Shown piece by piece: positions 1-10,600 of a stretch of 41,049 nt of DNA. Source of the stretch: a virus (lineage: Duplodnaviria > Caudoviricetes); the IMG/VR virus record IMGVR_UViG_3300017751_000049, positions 1-41,049 of that record; one strand, given 5' to 3'. Below the pieces are notes generated by a model. The model worked only from the letters and a program-made list of their open reading frames with translations, was not told where the DNA came from and did not search any database. The translations under genes and the position numbers were made by a program. Each line of letters begins with the position of its first letter. The first letter of the stretch is position 1.

Positions 1-95
1 CATCTGTAGCAGACGGTGCGGCACAAGTTGAAGAAGCTGGTGACGATGATACATTAATCGGAACTGATGACGACGACTTCACAGAAGACGCATAA
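1..95 (+). CDS. 3' end of an upstream gene (partial), acidic C-terminus
   Basis: The frame from position 3 reads SVADGAAQVEEAGDDDTLIGTDDDDFTEDA then TAA (93-95). The stop overlaps the AAGGA RBS of the next gene. Confidence 0.75.
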   Translation, partial: SVADGAAQVEEAGDDDTLIGTDDDDFTEDA

Positions 96-106
96 GGACT
101 AATTTA

Positions 107-472
107 ATGGAACGTCCTATTAACATCTTTTACGATTTATTACAGTCATTAAAAGACTTAGTAGTTTCAGTTAAAATAGGAAACGCTAAGGCATCTCTTT
201 ACGGAGTTGTCTTAGCGCGACTATCTAATAAAACTTTTAAAGTTAAAGATGATGAGGGTAACGAAGGTGTTTGTACGCTTGTTAATAAACAAGTTGATAA
301 CTTAGATGATAACGAAATGTCTATAACAGGTTATGTTTTAAAAAGTGCAACATTTGTGTTTATTGCTTCTATAGTTGATAACATAATGACAGATTTTAAA
401 AATATTTCTTATAGCTTCGAAGTTGATAATGACTCAACAGCAAGTATTGCATTGTTGACTGAAGAGGGATAA
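107..472 (+). CDS. Hypothetical phage virion-associated protein (121 aa)
   Basis: ORF with AAGGA RBS, tightly packed in the structural operon. No catalytic motif seen. Confidence 0.7.
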   Translation: MERPINIFYDLLQSLKDLVVSVKIGNAKASLYGVVLARLSNKTFKVKDDEGNEGVCTLVNKQVDNLDDNEMSITGYVLKSATFVFIASIVDNIMTDFKNISYSFEVDNDSTASIALLTEEG

Positions 473-475
473 TAT

Positions 476-1762
476 ATGTCAAAAGTTTTAAGAATTACAG
501 ATAATGATTACAAAGTAATTGTAAGTAATGGTGGAAATATTACACTTGATACTACAAACGGTGCACTTGATGGTGCAGGTCGTGTAATTGTTACAGGAGA
601 CTTAGAGATAAGAGGAGACACAACAACAGTTGAGTCTACTATAACTACCTTTGCTGACAATGTAATATTATTAAACGAAGGAAATACAGGATTAGGACTA
701 CCGGCAAGTTTAGATAGACCTTATTCAAGTGGCATTGCAATTGACCGTGGACAATATGCTCCTAGTAGATGGGTTTATGACGACAGCATAACTTGGACAC
801 TTGGCGGTACAAGCGGAATTGGTACATGGACTGCTACTACAGGTTATGTTGGAGTTGAACAAACATTACCATTAGCTACACCAGGTATTATTGCAGGCGG
901 CGACTTATACATTAGTGTTGGTGCAGGTGTTGTAACTGTTACTGGATCTACAAACTACGAAGAAAAAGTTTGGAGATACGAAAACGGTACGATTACTCCA
1001 GACCCACTAACATCATTAATTACAATTGATGACGACAACATACCTAATACTAAAGCAGTAAAAGACTATGTTGATTATTCAATTAACTTTGTTGAAATTA
1101 GCAAAATTCAAGAAGACAACAGTCAAATAGTTGTTAAAGATACTAATCATATTATTAGTGGCGTTGTAACTGCTAGTTCGACAACTACAATAGCAACACC
1201 AAATAGTCACGGCTATATAGCAGGTGATCAAATAACTATTAGTGGTGTAACGCAAACAGGTGCTAGTACACAATTATTAAATTTAAATGGTACATTTTCA
1301 GTAGTAGATGTTCCGAGTAAAACACTAATTGAAGTTAATGTATCAACTAGTGGTGCTACTGCTAGTGATTATACACCAAACAGTGGTATAACAACTGGTG
1401 CTGAAAGTAAAATTGAAGTACAAGTAGAAGGAACTGTAATAGGTGATTTTTACGACAACAGAATAGAATTTGCTGGCATTGAATTAAAAGATGGTCAAAT
1501 ACAAACAGTAACTAGTAACCAAGATTTAGTATTATCTGCTCCAGGAACTGGTGCAGTAAAAATTAAAGATATGTTAGAGTTAACTAAAACACCAGGAGAT
1601 GATGACGGTGCTGTTAATCCTGCATTACCAAGTGAAGGTGTAAGAATTTACAGCAAAGAACCTAGTGAAGGAAAAACAGGAATTTACTTCGTTAACGAAG
1701 ATAACAACAATGATGAACTAATAAGTAAAAACAGAGCTTTACTACTTAGCATTATATTTTAA
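476..1762 (+). CDS. Virion structural/tail-fibre-like protein (428 aa)
   Basis: V/T/G/D-rich beta-strand repeats (VTGDLEIRGDTTTVEST, DLVLSAPGTGAV), an inserted HG-x-x-x-GD module, and a hydrophobic C-terminal helix ALLLSIIF. Confidence 0.7.
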   Translation: MSKVLRITDNDYKVIVSNGGNITLDTTNGALDGAGRVIVTGDLEIRGDTTTVESTITTFADNVILLNEGNTGLGLPASLDRPYSSGIAIDRGQYAPSRWVYDDSITWTLGGTSGIGTWTATTGYVGVEQTLPLATPGIIAGGDLYISVGAGVVTVTGSTNYEEKVWRYENGTITPDPLTSLITIDDDNIPNTKAVKDYVDYSINFVEISKIQEDNSQIVVKDTNHIISGVVTASSTTTIATPNSHGYIAGDQITISGVTQTGASTQLLNLNGTFSVVDVPSKTLIEVNVSTSGATASDYTPNSGITTGAESKIEVQVEGTVIGDFYDNRIEFAGIELKDGQIQTVTSNQDLVLSAPGTGAVKIKDMLELTKTPGDDDGAVNPALPSEGVRIYSKEPSEGKTGIYFVNEDNNNDELISKNRALLLSIIF

Positions 1763-1772
1763 AGGAACGACA

Positions 1773-2138
1773 ATGGCAATTGAAAACGCACAATTAACAG
1801 ACACACAATTAGATGTTTTAACTGTTCCATCTGGAAAACGCTATGCTATTACTAATATATTAGTTTGTAATACATATAGTCCAAGTGGGGCTGATCCACT
1901 AACGCACACATCAAGTTTTGATATGCATTTTATTAAAGATACACAATCATTAAGCAATCAACTTACGTGTGTTGTAAGAGAACTAACGCTACCAGCAGGT
2001 GAAACATTTACTTTTGATAGTGAAAAAATTATCTTAGAAGAAGGCGACAAAGTAAGTTTTGTAGCACAACCAGAAAATACAAACTATGGTAGTGGACTAA
2101 CAGACTTAGCAGTATCGTTAAGTTATTTGGAAGTTTAA
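1773..2138 (+). CDS. Small beta-sandwich virion connector-like protein, paralog 1 (121 aa)
   Basis: Shares TVP..., xxxN, LPAGETF...KIILEEGDKV and SYLEV with ORFs 12453 and 26905. AAGGA RBS. Confidence 0.65.
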   Translation: MAIENAQLTDTQLDVLTVPSGKRYAITNILVCNTYSPSGADPLTHTSSFDMHFIKDTQSLSNQLTCVVRELTLPAGETFTFDSEKIILEEGDKVSFVAQPENTNYGSGLTDLAVSLSYLEV

Positions 2139-2141
2139 AAA

Positions 2142-2957
2142 ATGAGATTACTAAAAGCACAAAATACTAACTTGAGAAACATCTACGGTGCAGGTATTCG
2201 TTACGATGTTAACGGACAGGTTATTATAGATAGTAGTAATACTTTAATAGTTCCAAAAGGAACTACTGCTGAAAGACCTGCAACATCAATACCAGGAAGT
2301 TTGAGATATAACACAACTGATAATCGATTTGAACTTTACGAAGCTGGTAGTTGGCATGGTGTAAGAAATACATCTCCATCTACTACTGCACCTGTAAACG
2401 TACAAACTTTAGCATTTGGTGATCAGTCTGAAACAATATTTGGCCCACTTGATAGCGGAGACCCATTTTTTCCAGTACCGGCCGCGGCACAAAATGTATT
2501 AGTATTTGTTGAAAACGTTTATCAGATACCTGTAACAAACTATACTCTTGTACAAAATCCAGGTGGCCCGTACATAATTGTTAGCATTGATAGTATTGAC
2601 GGCACTACAGGTTATCCAACTGTAACTACAGCAACAGCACACGGATTAACCAATGACTCATTAGTAGCGGCATCAGGAGTTGAATTACCAGGTGATTCAG
2701 ATCCATTAGAAAATTTAAACATTGGTGATGATTCATCATCGCCCGGCTCAGTAGCAGTTACAGTAGTAAATACTACACAAGTAACAATACACGTTGATTG
2801 TTCTACAGGTGTTATAGGAAATTATGTAGCTAATTCAGGAAAGCTGTACAAAGCTGGATCATCAACAGGCGCATACTTACCAGGAACATATATACAGTTC
2901 AACTCAGCACCTGATTTAGATAAACCTATATCAGTGATACATAACTTAGACAAGTAA
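2142..2957 (+). CDS. Virion structural/fibre protein (271 aa)
   Basis: Carries the PKGTTAERP...LRYNTTDNRFELY..GSW fibre motif, also seen near the C-termini of the giant fibres, plus LVFVENVYQIP...YT and an inserted TATAHGL module. Confidence 0.7.
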   Translation: MRLLKAQNTNLRNIYGAGIRYDVNGQVIIDSSNTLIVPKGTTAERPATSIPGSLRYNTTDNRFELYEAGSWHGVRNTSPSTTAPVNVQTLAFGDQSETIFGPLDSGDPFFPVPAAAQNVLVFVENVYQIPVTNYTLVQNPGGPYIIVSIDSIDGTTGYPTVTTATAHGLTNDSLVAASGVELPGDSDPLENLNIGDDSSSPGSVAVTVVNTTQVTIHVDCSTGVIGNYVANSGKLYKAGSSTGAYLPGTYIQFNSAPDLDKPISVIHNLDK

Positions 2958-2961
2958 TTCT

Positions 2962-2969
2962 AATAAATA
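2962..2969 (+). promoter_or_regulatory. T4-like late promoter (AATAAATA)
   Basis: 7/8 match to TATAAATA in the short intergenic gap before the AAGGAG RBS and GTG start at 2991. The same core recurs in other gaps. Confidence 0.65.
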
Positions 2970-2990
2970 CTGTGTCAAGGAGAACACTAA

Positions 2991-5900
2991 GTGGCACAAG
3001 TAGGTAGAATATCCGGTCCATTATTAACCGCAAATTTAGAACGAAACGGTATTGATTTAAAGTTTAGAAATACTTTAGATGTTTCTCCTCTTCTTTATCT
3101 TGATACAACTAATAATCGTATTGGTATTGCAACTAATACAATTACTGAAGTAGATCTACAAACAGTAGGAACTACTAGAGTAACATCTTTAATATCCAAC
3201 GAATCAACAATATCTCAGTTTAATCTTACTGGCAATAACATTAATGCTTCATACGGAAATATTAATTTAAATGCTACTGATGCTATTGTATCATCAGCAA
3301 TTGAAACGCAACAATTTTATTTAGATGACAATTATATTAGCACAAAAGACTCAAATACAAATATTGATTTACGTCCTTGGCAAGAGTATGAATTAGTAGA
3401 CGGTGATCCATATACAGCAGAATTACTTGACGGGCTTACGGCAGCGTCATCAGGATCATCTCATCCTCGACGAGCATTCTGGGAAGTAAATTTACCAAGC
3501 GGATATCAAAGAGGTGATTTAAACGAAAGCAGTAGCATTGATATTGATGATGTTATGGGGTTCCTTAGTGTATCTAGAGGATTAACAACATCAGGCGATA
3601 CATATGATCGAAGTATAGCGGCAATAAAAGCAAGTTTGCCTACTTTAGAAAGTTTTACAGATGTTAACGTTGACGGTAATTTACATGCTACTGGAAATAT
3701 TACATTTGCAGGCGATCTTACATTTGGTGACACAATATCAGAAGATACAGTTACAATTGATGCAGACGTTAATAGTGATATTATTCCAGATGTTAATAAT
3801 ACATATTCATTAGGTCAAAACGGAAAAAGATGGCAACGGTTAGACACAGAACTTGTTAATGGTGACATATACACTGCTAATATAACAGTTGGTGGATTAG
3901 GATACACTAATAAAGCAGGTAACATATTTTATGTTAGTGTAAATGGTAATGATACATACAGCGGCGATACTTTTTTATCACCATTCAAAACTATTAAACA
4001 TGCACTATCTCAAATTGATCCAAGCACAGCAGGACCAGTTGAATTAGTAATATTTCCAGGAGATTATCAAGAAATACTTCCTTTAGAAGTTCCGAGCAAC
4101 GTTACTGTTAGCGGTACAGATATGAGAAGTGTAATCATAACACCAACAACTTCAAATCAAAGCGAAGATGTATTTTTACTAAACGGTGAAAGTACTGTTA
4201 CTAATCTTACAATTAAAGATTTCTTTTATGATAGTGTTAATGATAAAGGCTATGCATTTAGATTTGCAAACAATGCAACAGTAACAAGTCGTAGTCCGTA
4301 TATTCAAAACGTAAGTGTTATCACGCAAGGAAGTGCTACAAGTGCAAGTGACCCAAGGGGCTTTGCAAGTGGCGATGCAGGTAAAGGCGCTCTAGTAGAT
4401 GGTGCAAGTGTATTAAACACAAGTATAGATGCAAGTATGCTATTCCATAGTGTTACATTTATTACTCCTGGAGTTGATGCGCTTACAATGACAAACGGTG
4501 TAAAAGTAGAATGGTTAAATTCATTTTCATATTTTGCTAACAGAGGGCTGTATGCTTTCAACGGGTCTACAGGACATTTAAGTACTGACGGTTCAACAAC
4601 ACTATTTGGCGCAGAAGTTAGGTCAATAGGATCAGCAAACGTTTATGGCAATTATGGTGCAGTAGCCGACGGCGCAGACTGTTTAATGTACCTTATTATG
4701 CATAACTTTGGATACATTGGTAGTGGCAAAAATCAAGACAACGACCATAGTAGATCAATACAAAGCCAAGAAGTTTCAGAACTCAACAACGGTAAAGTAA
4801 GATATCAATCTACTAACCATCAAGGAAATTTTAGAGTTGGTAATAATTTCTTAGTAGATTTTGAAACTGGATCAACAACACTTGATATTAGTACAAGTGA
4901 AACATCTAGTTTTGCAGGACTAGTAATTGATAGTGGATCTAGAACACTTATAGATGGAAACGTTATTGAAGTTTCTAATTTTTCTATTAGAGATAATACT
5001 ATAAGGACACAATCAGGCGATATTAATATTAATCCAACTACCTCTCAAACTAATATTACAAGCAATGTAAGTGTTAGTGATAATTTAGATGTTACTGGAA
5101 ATTTATCATTTGATGGAAACATTACAGTTGGTGACGGTGTTGCTAACGATACAATTAATTTTAATGTAGAATTTGAACAGAATATAAATCCAGCAACTAC
5201 AGGAATATATAGTTTAGGTGCTACAGATGCAGTTTGGAAAAAAGCAAATCTTGGCACTGCAAATATTGGTGATATAGAAATTAATGAAAACTATATTACT
5301 ACTGATACTTCAAGTGCAGACTTAGACTTACGTGCGAACGGCACCGGCGAAATTTTAATTGCTAGTAATAATTTTGAAGTTACTAATGATCTGACAGTTA
5401 ATACTAATACTAGTTTATTGAATACTACTATTGTAGGAGATATTACACAAACTGGTAATTATAATGTTAGTAATGGCCATAATATTACAGGTAACTTGCT
5501 GATAGGACAAAACCTAGCAGTTAGCCTTGACGGAATATTTGAAGGCATTTCAATAAAAGGAAATGTACTTACAACTGATAATACAAACGAAAATTTAGAA
5601 TTACGAGCTAATGGTACTGGCACTGTTAATATTCCTTTTGCAGATACTGTTATTGAAAATAATTTAAATGTTAATGGTACAACATACGCTAGTGATATTA
5701 ATAATACTCAAGACGTACAAGCAGTTACACTCCAAAACGAAACAATAAACATTACAAGTAACACAATATCTACTATTTTAACTAATGCTAATTTAGATAT
5801 TACTGCATCTCCTAATGGAATAATAAGCATACCGACTAGTGATGTAGTTGCAAGTCAAGACTTTGCAGTTAATGGTACAACAACAGTTCTTGATACTAAT

Positions 5901-7529
5901 ATTACAGGTACGCTAGTACACATTGGTAGAAGATCCCACACTGGGAATGTAGCACTTACAGGTAATTTAACTACAGACAATTTTACACTTGATAGAAATA
6001 TTCAATTAGAAAATATTGAAATTACTGGCAACCTTTTACACACAACTCAAACTAACAGTGACTTAGATTTACGTGCAAATGGTACTGGTAGAGTATTAAT
6101 AAATGAAGATATACATATACAGCAAGATGTTGAAATTGGAACACTAACTGCTGGTGTAATTAACATTACAAATGATGTAGATTTAAATGAAATTATTATC
6201 GACGGCACTATTGAGTTTGATGATAATATAATTACTACAACTGATACTGATGCTAATTTAGAATTAGAAGCACACGGCACTGGCGTTATTAGTATTCCAT
6301 CTAATAATGTTAATATATTAAATGCAACAACAGTAAGCGGCACAACAGACATTGACAATCTTGTAATTAACGGAGTTGTTAATCATACAGGTAATACAAA
6401 CAGAGTAGGCAATACTACTTTAACAGGAAACTTTACTTTAGACGGACAATTAACTCTTGACAGAGGAACTAGTTTTGAAAAAATTGAAATAAATCAAAAT
6501 ATTATTTCAACTGTTGATACTAATACTAATTTAGAATTAAAAGCTGTAGGAACAGGTAAGGTAAGATTTGAAGATCTACAAGTTAATAATAATGTAAACG
6601 TAGGATCGTTAAATGATGTACAATCAATTAATGTACAGAATACAGTAGCATTAGAAATTATTGAACTGTCTTCAGATGTACAACTTTCTGATAATACTAT
6701 TAAAACTACAAACGCTGATAGTGATTTAATTATTAGTGCAAATGGCACAGGCGATGTATTATTTGATAATAATCTATTCTTTAATGATACTACAATTGGT
6801 ACAAAAACAGGTAATCTTGTATTTTCGTTAGATACTGAGTCTGTAACACTTGCAACATCAAAAGCAATGATTTTACCTAATGGTACAAGTGCTGAATCTA
6901 TAGGAACGTTAGCAGGTTTAAGATTTAATACAGATACAAACTTGTTTGAAATACAAGGTAGTGTAGGTACTATTAATTCGGGCGGTGTGTATAGTTCCGA
7001 CGGACTTACAGGAATATCAGTTACAAATAGTGACGATATACAAATATTTGTTAACGGGTATACACAAGACTCTACTGCTAAAGTTGCTGAAATTAATGGT
7101 GACAGAGTAAACTTACACGGACTACAAGTTGACGATATATTATTTGATAATAATCAAATTGGTACAAATATTAGTAACAGCAATTTAGATATTCAAACTA
7201 ACGGCACCGGCAGTATTACTATTGATAAATTTACAGTTAAAGGTAATACATTATCGTTACCAGCAAATGAAACTTTTGAAATAAAAACTACTGGTCCTGG
7301 ATTTCGTTGGGTTGAATTTGAAGGCACAGGCGCAATTAAATGGCCTGCAGGTAATACAGCAACTAGACCATTAAATCCAAAACTTGGAACTACTAGAGTT
7401 AATACAGACAGTGGTGAACTTGAAACTTGGATTGGTGATAGTTGGCGTACTTCAGCTGGTGAGTTTGCTAGTATATCAGAAGCTGACATGGAAGAAGAGG
7501 CGTTCGTACAGACGCTAATCTACGGCTAA
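2991..7529 (+). CDS. Giant tail-fibre-like protein A (1512 aa) with pectin-lyase-like beta-helix region and repeat shaft
   Basis: GTG start with AAGGAG RBS. YVSVNGND...PFKTIKHAL...PGDYQE-LPL beta-helix entry motif, repeated I-x-x-N-x-ITT...DLxLxANGTG units, C-terminal QTLIYG. Paralog of 7686..12446. Confidence 0.75.
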   Translation: MAQVGRISGPLLTANLERNGIDLKFRNTLDVSPLLYLDTTNNRIGIATNTITEVDLQTVGTTRVTSLISNESTISQFNLTGNNINASYGNINLNATDAIVSSAIETQQFYLDDNYISTKDSNTNIDLRPWQEYELVDGDPYTAELLDGLTAASSGSSHPRRAFWEVNLPSGYQRGDLNESSSIDIDDVMGFLSVSRGLTTSGDTYDRSIAAIKASLPTLESFTDVNVDGNLHATGNITFAGDLTFGDTISEDTVTIDADVNSDIIPDVNNTYSLGQNGKRWQRLDTELVNGDIYTANITVGGLGYTNKAGNIFYVSVNGNDTYSGDTFLSPFKTIKHALSQIDPSTAGPVELVIFPGDYQEILPLEVPSNVTVSGTDMRSVIITPTTSNQSEDVFLLNGESTVTNLTIKDFFYDSVNDKGYAFRFANNATVTSRSPYIQNVSVITQGSATSASDPRGFASGDAGKGALVDGASVLNTSIDASMLFHSVTFITPGVDALTMTNGVKVEWLNSFSYFANRGLYAFNGSTGHLSTDGSTTLFGAEVRSIGSANVYGNYGAVADGADCLMYLIMHNFGYIGSGKNQDNDHSRSIQSQEVSELNNGKVRYQSTNHQGNFRVGNNFLVDFETGSTTLDISTSETSSFAGLVIDSGSRTLIDGNVIEVSNFSIRDNTIRTQSGDININPTTSQTNITSNVSVSDNLDVTGNLSFDGNITVGDGVANDTINFNVEFEQNINPATTGIYSLGATDAVWKKANLGTANIGDIEINENYITTDTSSADLDLRANGTGEILIASNNFEVTNDLTVNTNTSLLNTTIVGDITQTGNYNVSNGHNITGNLLIGQNLAVSLDGIFEGISIKGNVLTTDNTNENLELRANGTGTVNIPFADTVIENNLNVNGTTYASDINNTQDVQAVTLQNETINITSNTISTILTNANLDITASPNGIISIPTSDVVASQDFAVNGTTTVLDTNITGTLVHIGRRSHTGNVALTGNLTTDNFTLDRNIQLENIEITGNLLHTTQTNSDLDLRANGTGRVLINEDIHIQQDVEIGTLTAGVINITNDVDLNEIIIDGTIEFDDNIITTTDTDANLELEAHGTGVISIPSNNVNILNATTVSGTTDIDNLVINGVVNHTGNTNRVGNTTLTGNFTLDGQLTLDRGTSFEKIEINQNIISTVDTNTNLELKAVGTGKVRFEDLQVNNNVNVGSLNDVQSINVQNTVALEIIELSSDVQLSDNTIKTTNADSDLIISANGTGDVLFDNNLFFNDTTIGTKTGNLVFSLDTESVTLATSKAMILPNGTSAESIGTLAGLRFNTDTNLFEIQGSVGTINSGGVYSSDGLTGISVTNSDDIQIFVNGYTQDSTAKVAEINGDRVNLHGLQVDDILFDNNQIGTNISNSNLDIQTNGTGSITIDKFTVKGNTLSLPANETFEIKTTGPGFRWVEFEGTGAIKWPAGNTATRPLNPKLGTTRVNTDSGELETWIGDSWRTSAGEFASISEADMEEEAFVQTLIYG

Positions 7530-7551
7530 CAACCACCTTTTTTATATAATC

Positions 7552-7559
7552 GATAAATA
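7552..7559 (+). promoter_or_regulatory. T4-like late promoter (GATAAATA)
   Basis: 7/8 match to TATAAATA in the intergenic region, about 125 nt upstream of the 7686 start. Confidence 0.65.
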
Positions 7560-7564
7560 CTATT

Positions 7565-7685
7565 AATGCAAAGCAAGACCTATCAGATTTTCTGATGCTG
7601 AGCAGGACGAACTGTGGTTAGCCAGCAAAGAGCGAAAGCTGAAAATTTAGGCTTGTGGGACAGGATCCCCGTGTAAGGAGAAAAG
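7565..7685 (+). ncRNA. Putative structured 5' leader / cis-regulatory RNA
   Basis: Unusually long and GC-richer intergenic stretch with hairpins ATCAGA/TCTGAT (7582-7596), AGC-GAAA-GCT (7631-7640, GNRA loop), AGCC/GGCT (7620-7623 with 7650-7653) and GGGA/TCCC (7657-7669) just before the AAGGAG RBS. Confidence 0.4.
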
Positions 7686-10600
7686 ATGAGCGCACTCGGT
7701 CGTATCAGTGGTCCGCTCTTGAAGTCAAACCTGATTCGTAATGGAATCGATTTGGCATTCGAGACTGATTTACTGTATCTAGATGTAAACAATCAAAAAG
7801 TCGGTATCAAAACGACAGCTCCAACTCACGAGTTACAAGTTAACGGAACTGCCCAAACAACCAATCTTATAGTAGACAACATTGCAGAAATAGGCAATGT
7901 AACTATATCCGGAACTACAATATCATCCAATCAGCCTTATTTAAATTTAGGCACTTTTGATAATATTGTATATCAAAATAAATTACGTGTAGATGACATT
8001 GAGATTGAAGGCAATGTTATTAGCACAAACACTTCAAATTCAAATTTAGAACTTCGTCCTAACGGCACTGGTACTGTTGAAGTACTAGGAAGCATGAACG
8101 TTGATGGAAATATTCATGCTACTGGAAATATATCAGCTGACGGTAATATTACAATTGGTGATGCAGATACTGATAATGTAGTATTCAATGCAGAAGTTGC
8201 TAGTAATATTATACCTGATCTAAACAACACATACTCACTAGGTAGTGATCCTGCAACAGGCGGCAAAAAATGGGCAGATGTTTGGGTTAATAATTTAAAT
8301 GCAAGTAACGTTATTGCTGATGACATACAAGTTGATGGTCTTGATTTAACCCTACGCCAAGGAAACATTTGGTATGTTGCTGAAAATGGTGATAACACTA
8401 GAAGTGGTGACCATATACAAGCACCAGTTGCAAGTTTAAAATATGCATTAGATAATTTAGCAACTGCCGGTGATACTGTGTTTATATTTCCAGGCGTTTA
8501 TACAGAAGAATTTCCACTAACTGTTCCACAAGGAGTTGCAGTCAAAGGACAAGGTATACGTAGTGTAAACATTAAGCCTACAACAGCAACACGTTACAAT
8601 GATGCGTTTTTACTCAATGGCGAATCAACAGTTGAAGATTTAACAATTTCAGATTATTACAGTGGCGGAGTATTCCATGACACAACAGCGGCAAGCGCAG
8701 GATCTGCAACTTTAAATGTTGGAACCGCACCATTTGCACACACATACGTAAGCGGCGGAACAATAACATTTGGCGGCAACGACTATGCAATTAGTAATGC
8801 TGTATATACTCACGGAACTGGGCAATTAGTAATTACACACGCAGGACCAGATGCAGGCGTAGGAACAAGTACATTTATTAAAGATATTGTGTTTAGTTGT
8901 AATGGCGGAAACAGAACTTTCCCAGACAACGGATATGCATTCCGCTTTGCTACAGACTTTGAAGTAACTTCACGCTCGCCTTACATAAAAAACATAACTG
9001 CTATTACAAAAGGCAGTGTTATTACTGCTGAAGATCCTAGAGGATTTAATGCAGGCGATGCAGGTAAAGGCCCGTATGTAGATGGTGCTTATGCAACAGC
9101 AAATTCTAAAGAAGCAAGTATGTTGTTTCATAGTTGTACATTTATTACTCCAGGCGTTGACGGACTTACAGCAACAAACGGTGCTAGAATAGAATGGTTA
9201 AATTCATTTACATATTTTGCTAATAGAGGTTTAAACGCCTTTGATAGTAATGATGGTTTAAAAGGTGCTGGTAAAACACGAGTAAGAGTAAGTGGAATAA
9301 CTAACGGACCAATTGTTGCTAGTGGACAAAATGTTGTATTTACTTCAACAGACAGTAGCACAGTAATTACAAAACAACTTGTCGCTGTAGAAGGTAGTAA
9401 TAGTGACGTTCTTGTTTTTGCTGGTAAACAAACTGACTTTATAGGATTTGATACAACACCAACATCAATTGCAATTGGTGGATCTACAACTGCAACTACT
9501 ATTGAAAATGTAGACTTACAAGACTTTGGTGCTGAAGTTAGAATGATTGGTTCAGCAAGTGTATATGGTAATGAAGGCTTAGTAGGTGACGGTGAAGGTG
9601 TATTAGTTTATGCTATTGGACACAACCTAGCATACATTGGTAACGGTAAAGAAATTACTAATGATCCTGGAACAGTTATACAAGCAAACGAAGTTGTTGA
9701 ATCAAACGGAGCAAAAATACGTTATAACTCAGTTGACCACAAAGGTGACTTTAGAGTTGGTGATTTATTTAAAGTTGATCAGGAAAACGGAACTGTTGAC
9801 TTTGCAGTATCAGAATTTACAATTAACACAACAGATGGCGTAACATTTAATACAGGCGGCAATACAACATTTATTGACGGTAATAAGATTGAAACTGGTA
9901 ACTGGAGAATTAGCGGAAACACTATTGAAACACTTAGTGGTGATGGTAATTTTACAGCACAAAGTAATCAAATTAATTTAAACAGTAATGTAGATATTAC
10001 AGGAAACTTAGATGTTACTGGTAACGTAACAATAGGCGGAAACCTAACACTAGGTGATGATGCAACTGATACTATATCAATTGTTGCAGGAATAACAAGT
10101 AATCTTGTACCTGACATTACTGATACATTTAGCTTAGGTACAGCTTCAAAAGTTTGGAGCAACTTATTTGTTACAGAAGCAGAAATAAATGATATTGAAA
10201 TTAGAGATAATTTTATTAGAACAACAGTCACAAATGCTGACTTAGAATTACGTGCTAATGGCACAGGAAAAATACTTGTACCAAATAACAATGTACAAAT
10301 AGATAATGATTTAACTGTTGCAGGAACAACAACTTTAGGAAATACAACTATTGTAGGTACTGTTACACATACTGGTAATACAACACAAACTGGTGACTAT
10401 TCAGTTACAGGTGACACTACAGTTAGCCAATCACTTTCAGTTGGAGCAAGTGCGCAGTTTGAAGAAATATTAATTGATGACAATTATATTACTACTACAT
10501 CAACAAATGCACCGTTAGAACTACGTGCAAGTGGCACAGGAATTATATCAGTTCCTTCAAACAATGTAATATTAAGTAATGACCTTACAGTTAACGGATT

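Noticed and set aside
7520-7545. T-run after fibre A as an intrinsic terminator
   Set aside because: No convincing stem precedes the T tract.
7592-7640. CTGATG...GGACGAAC...GAAA resembling a hammerhead ribozyme core
   Set aside because: The core is CUGAUGC rather than CUGANGA, and I could not build stems I-III around a GAAA/UH site.
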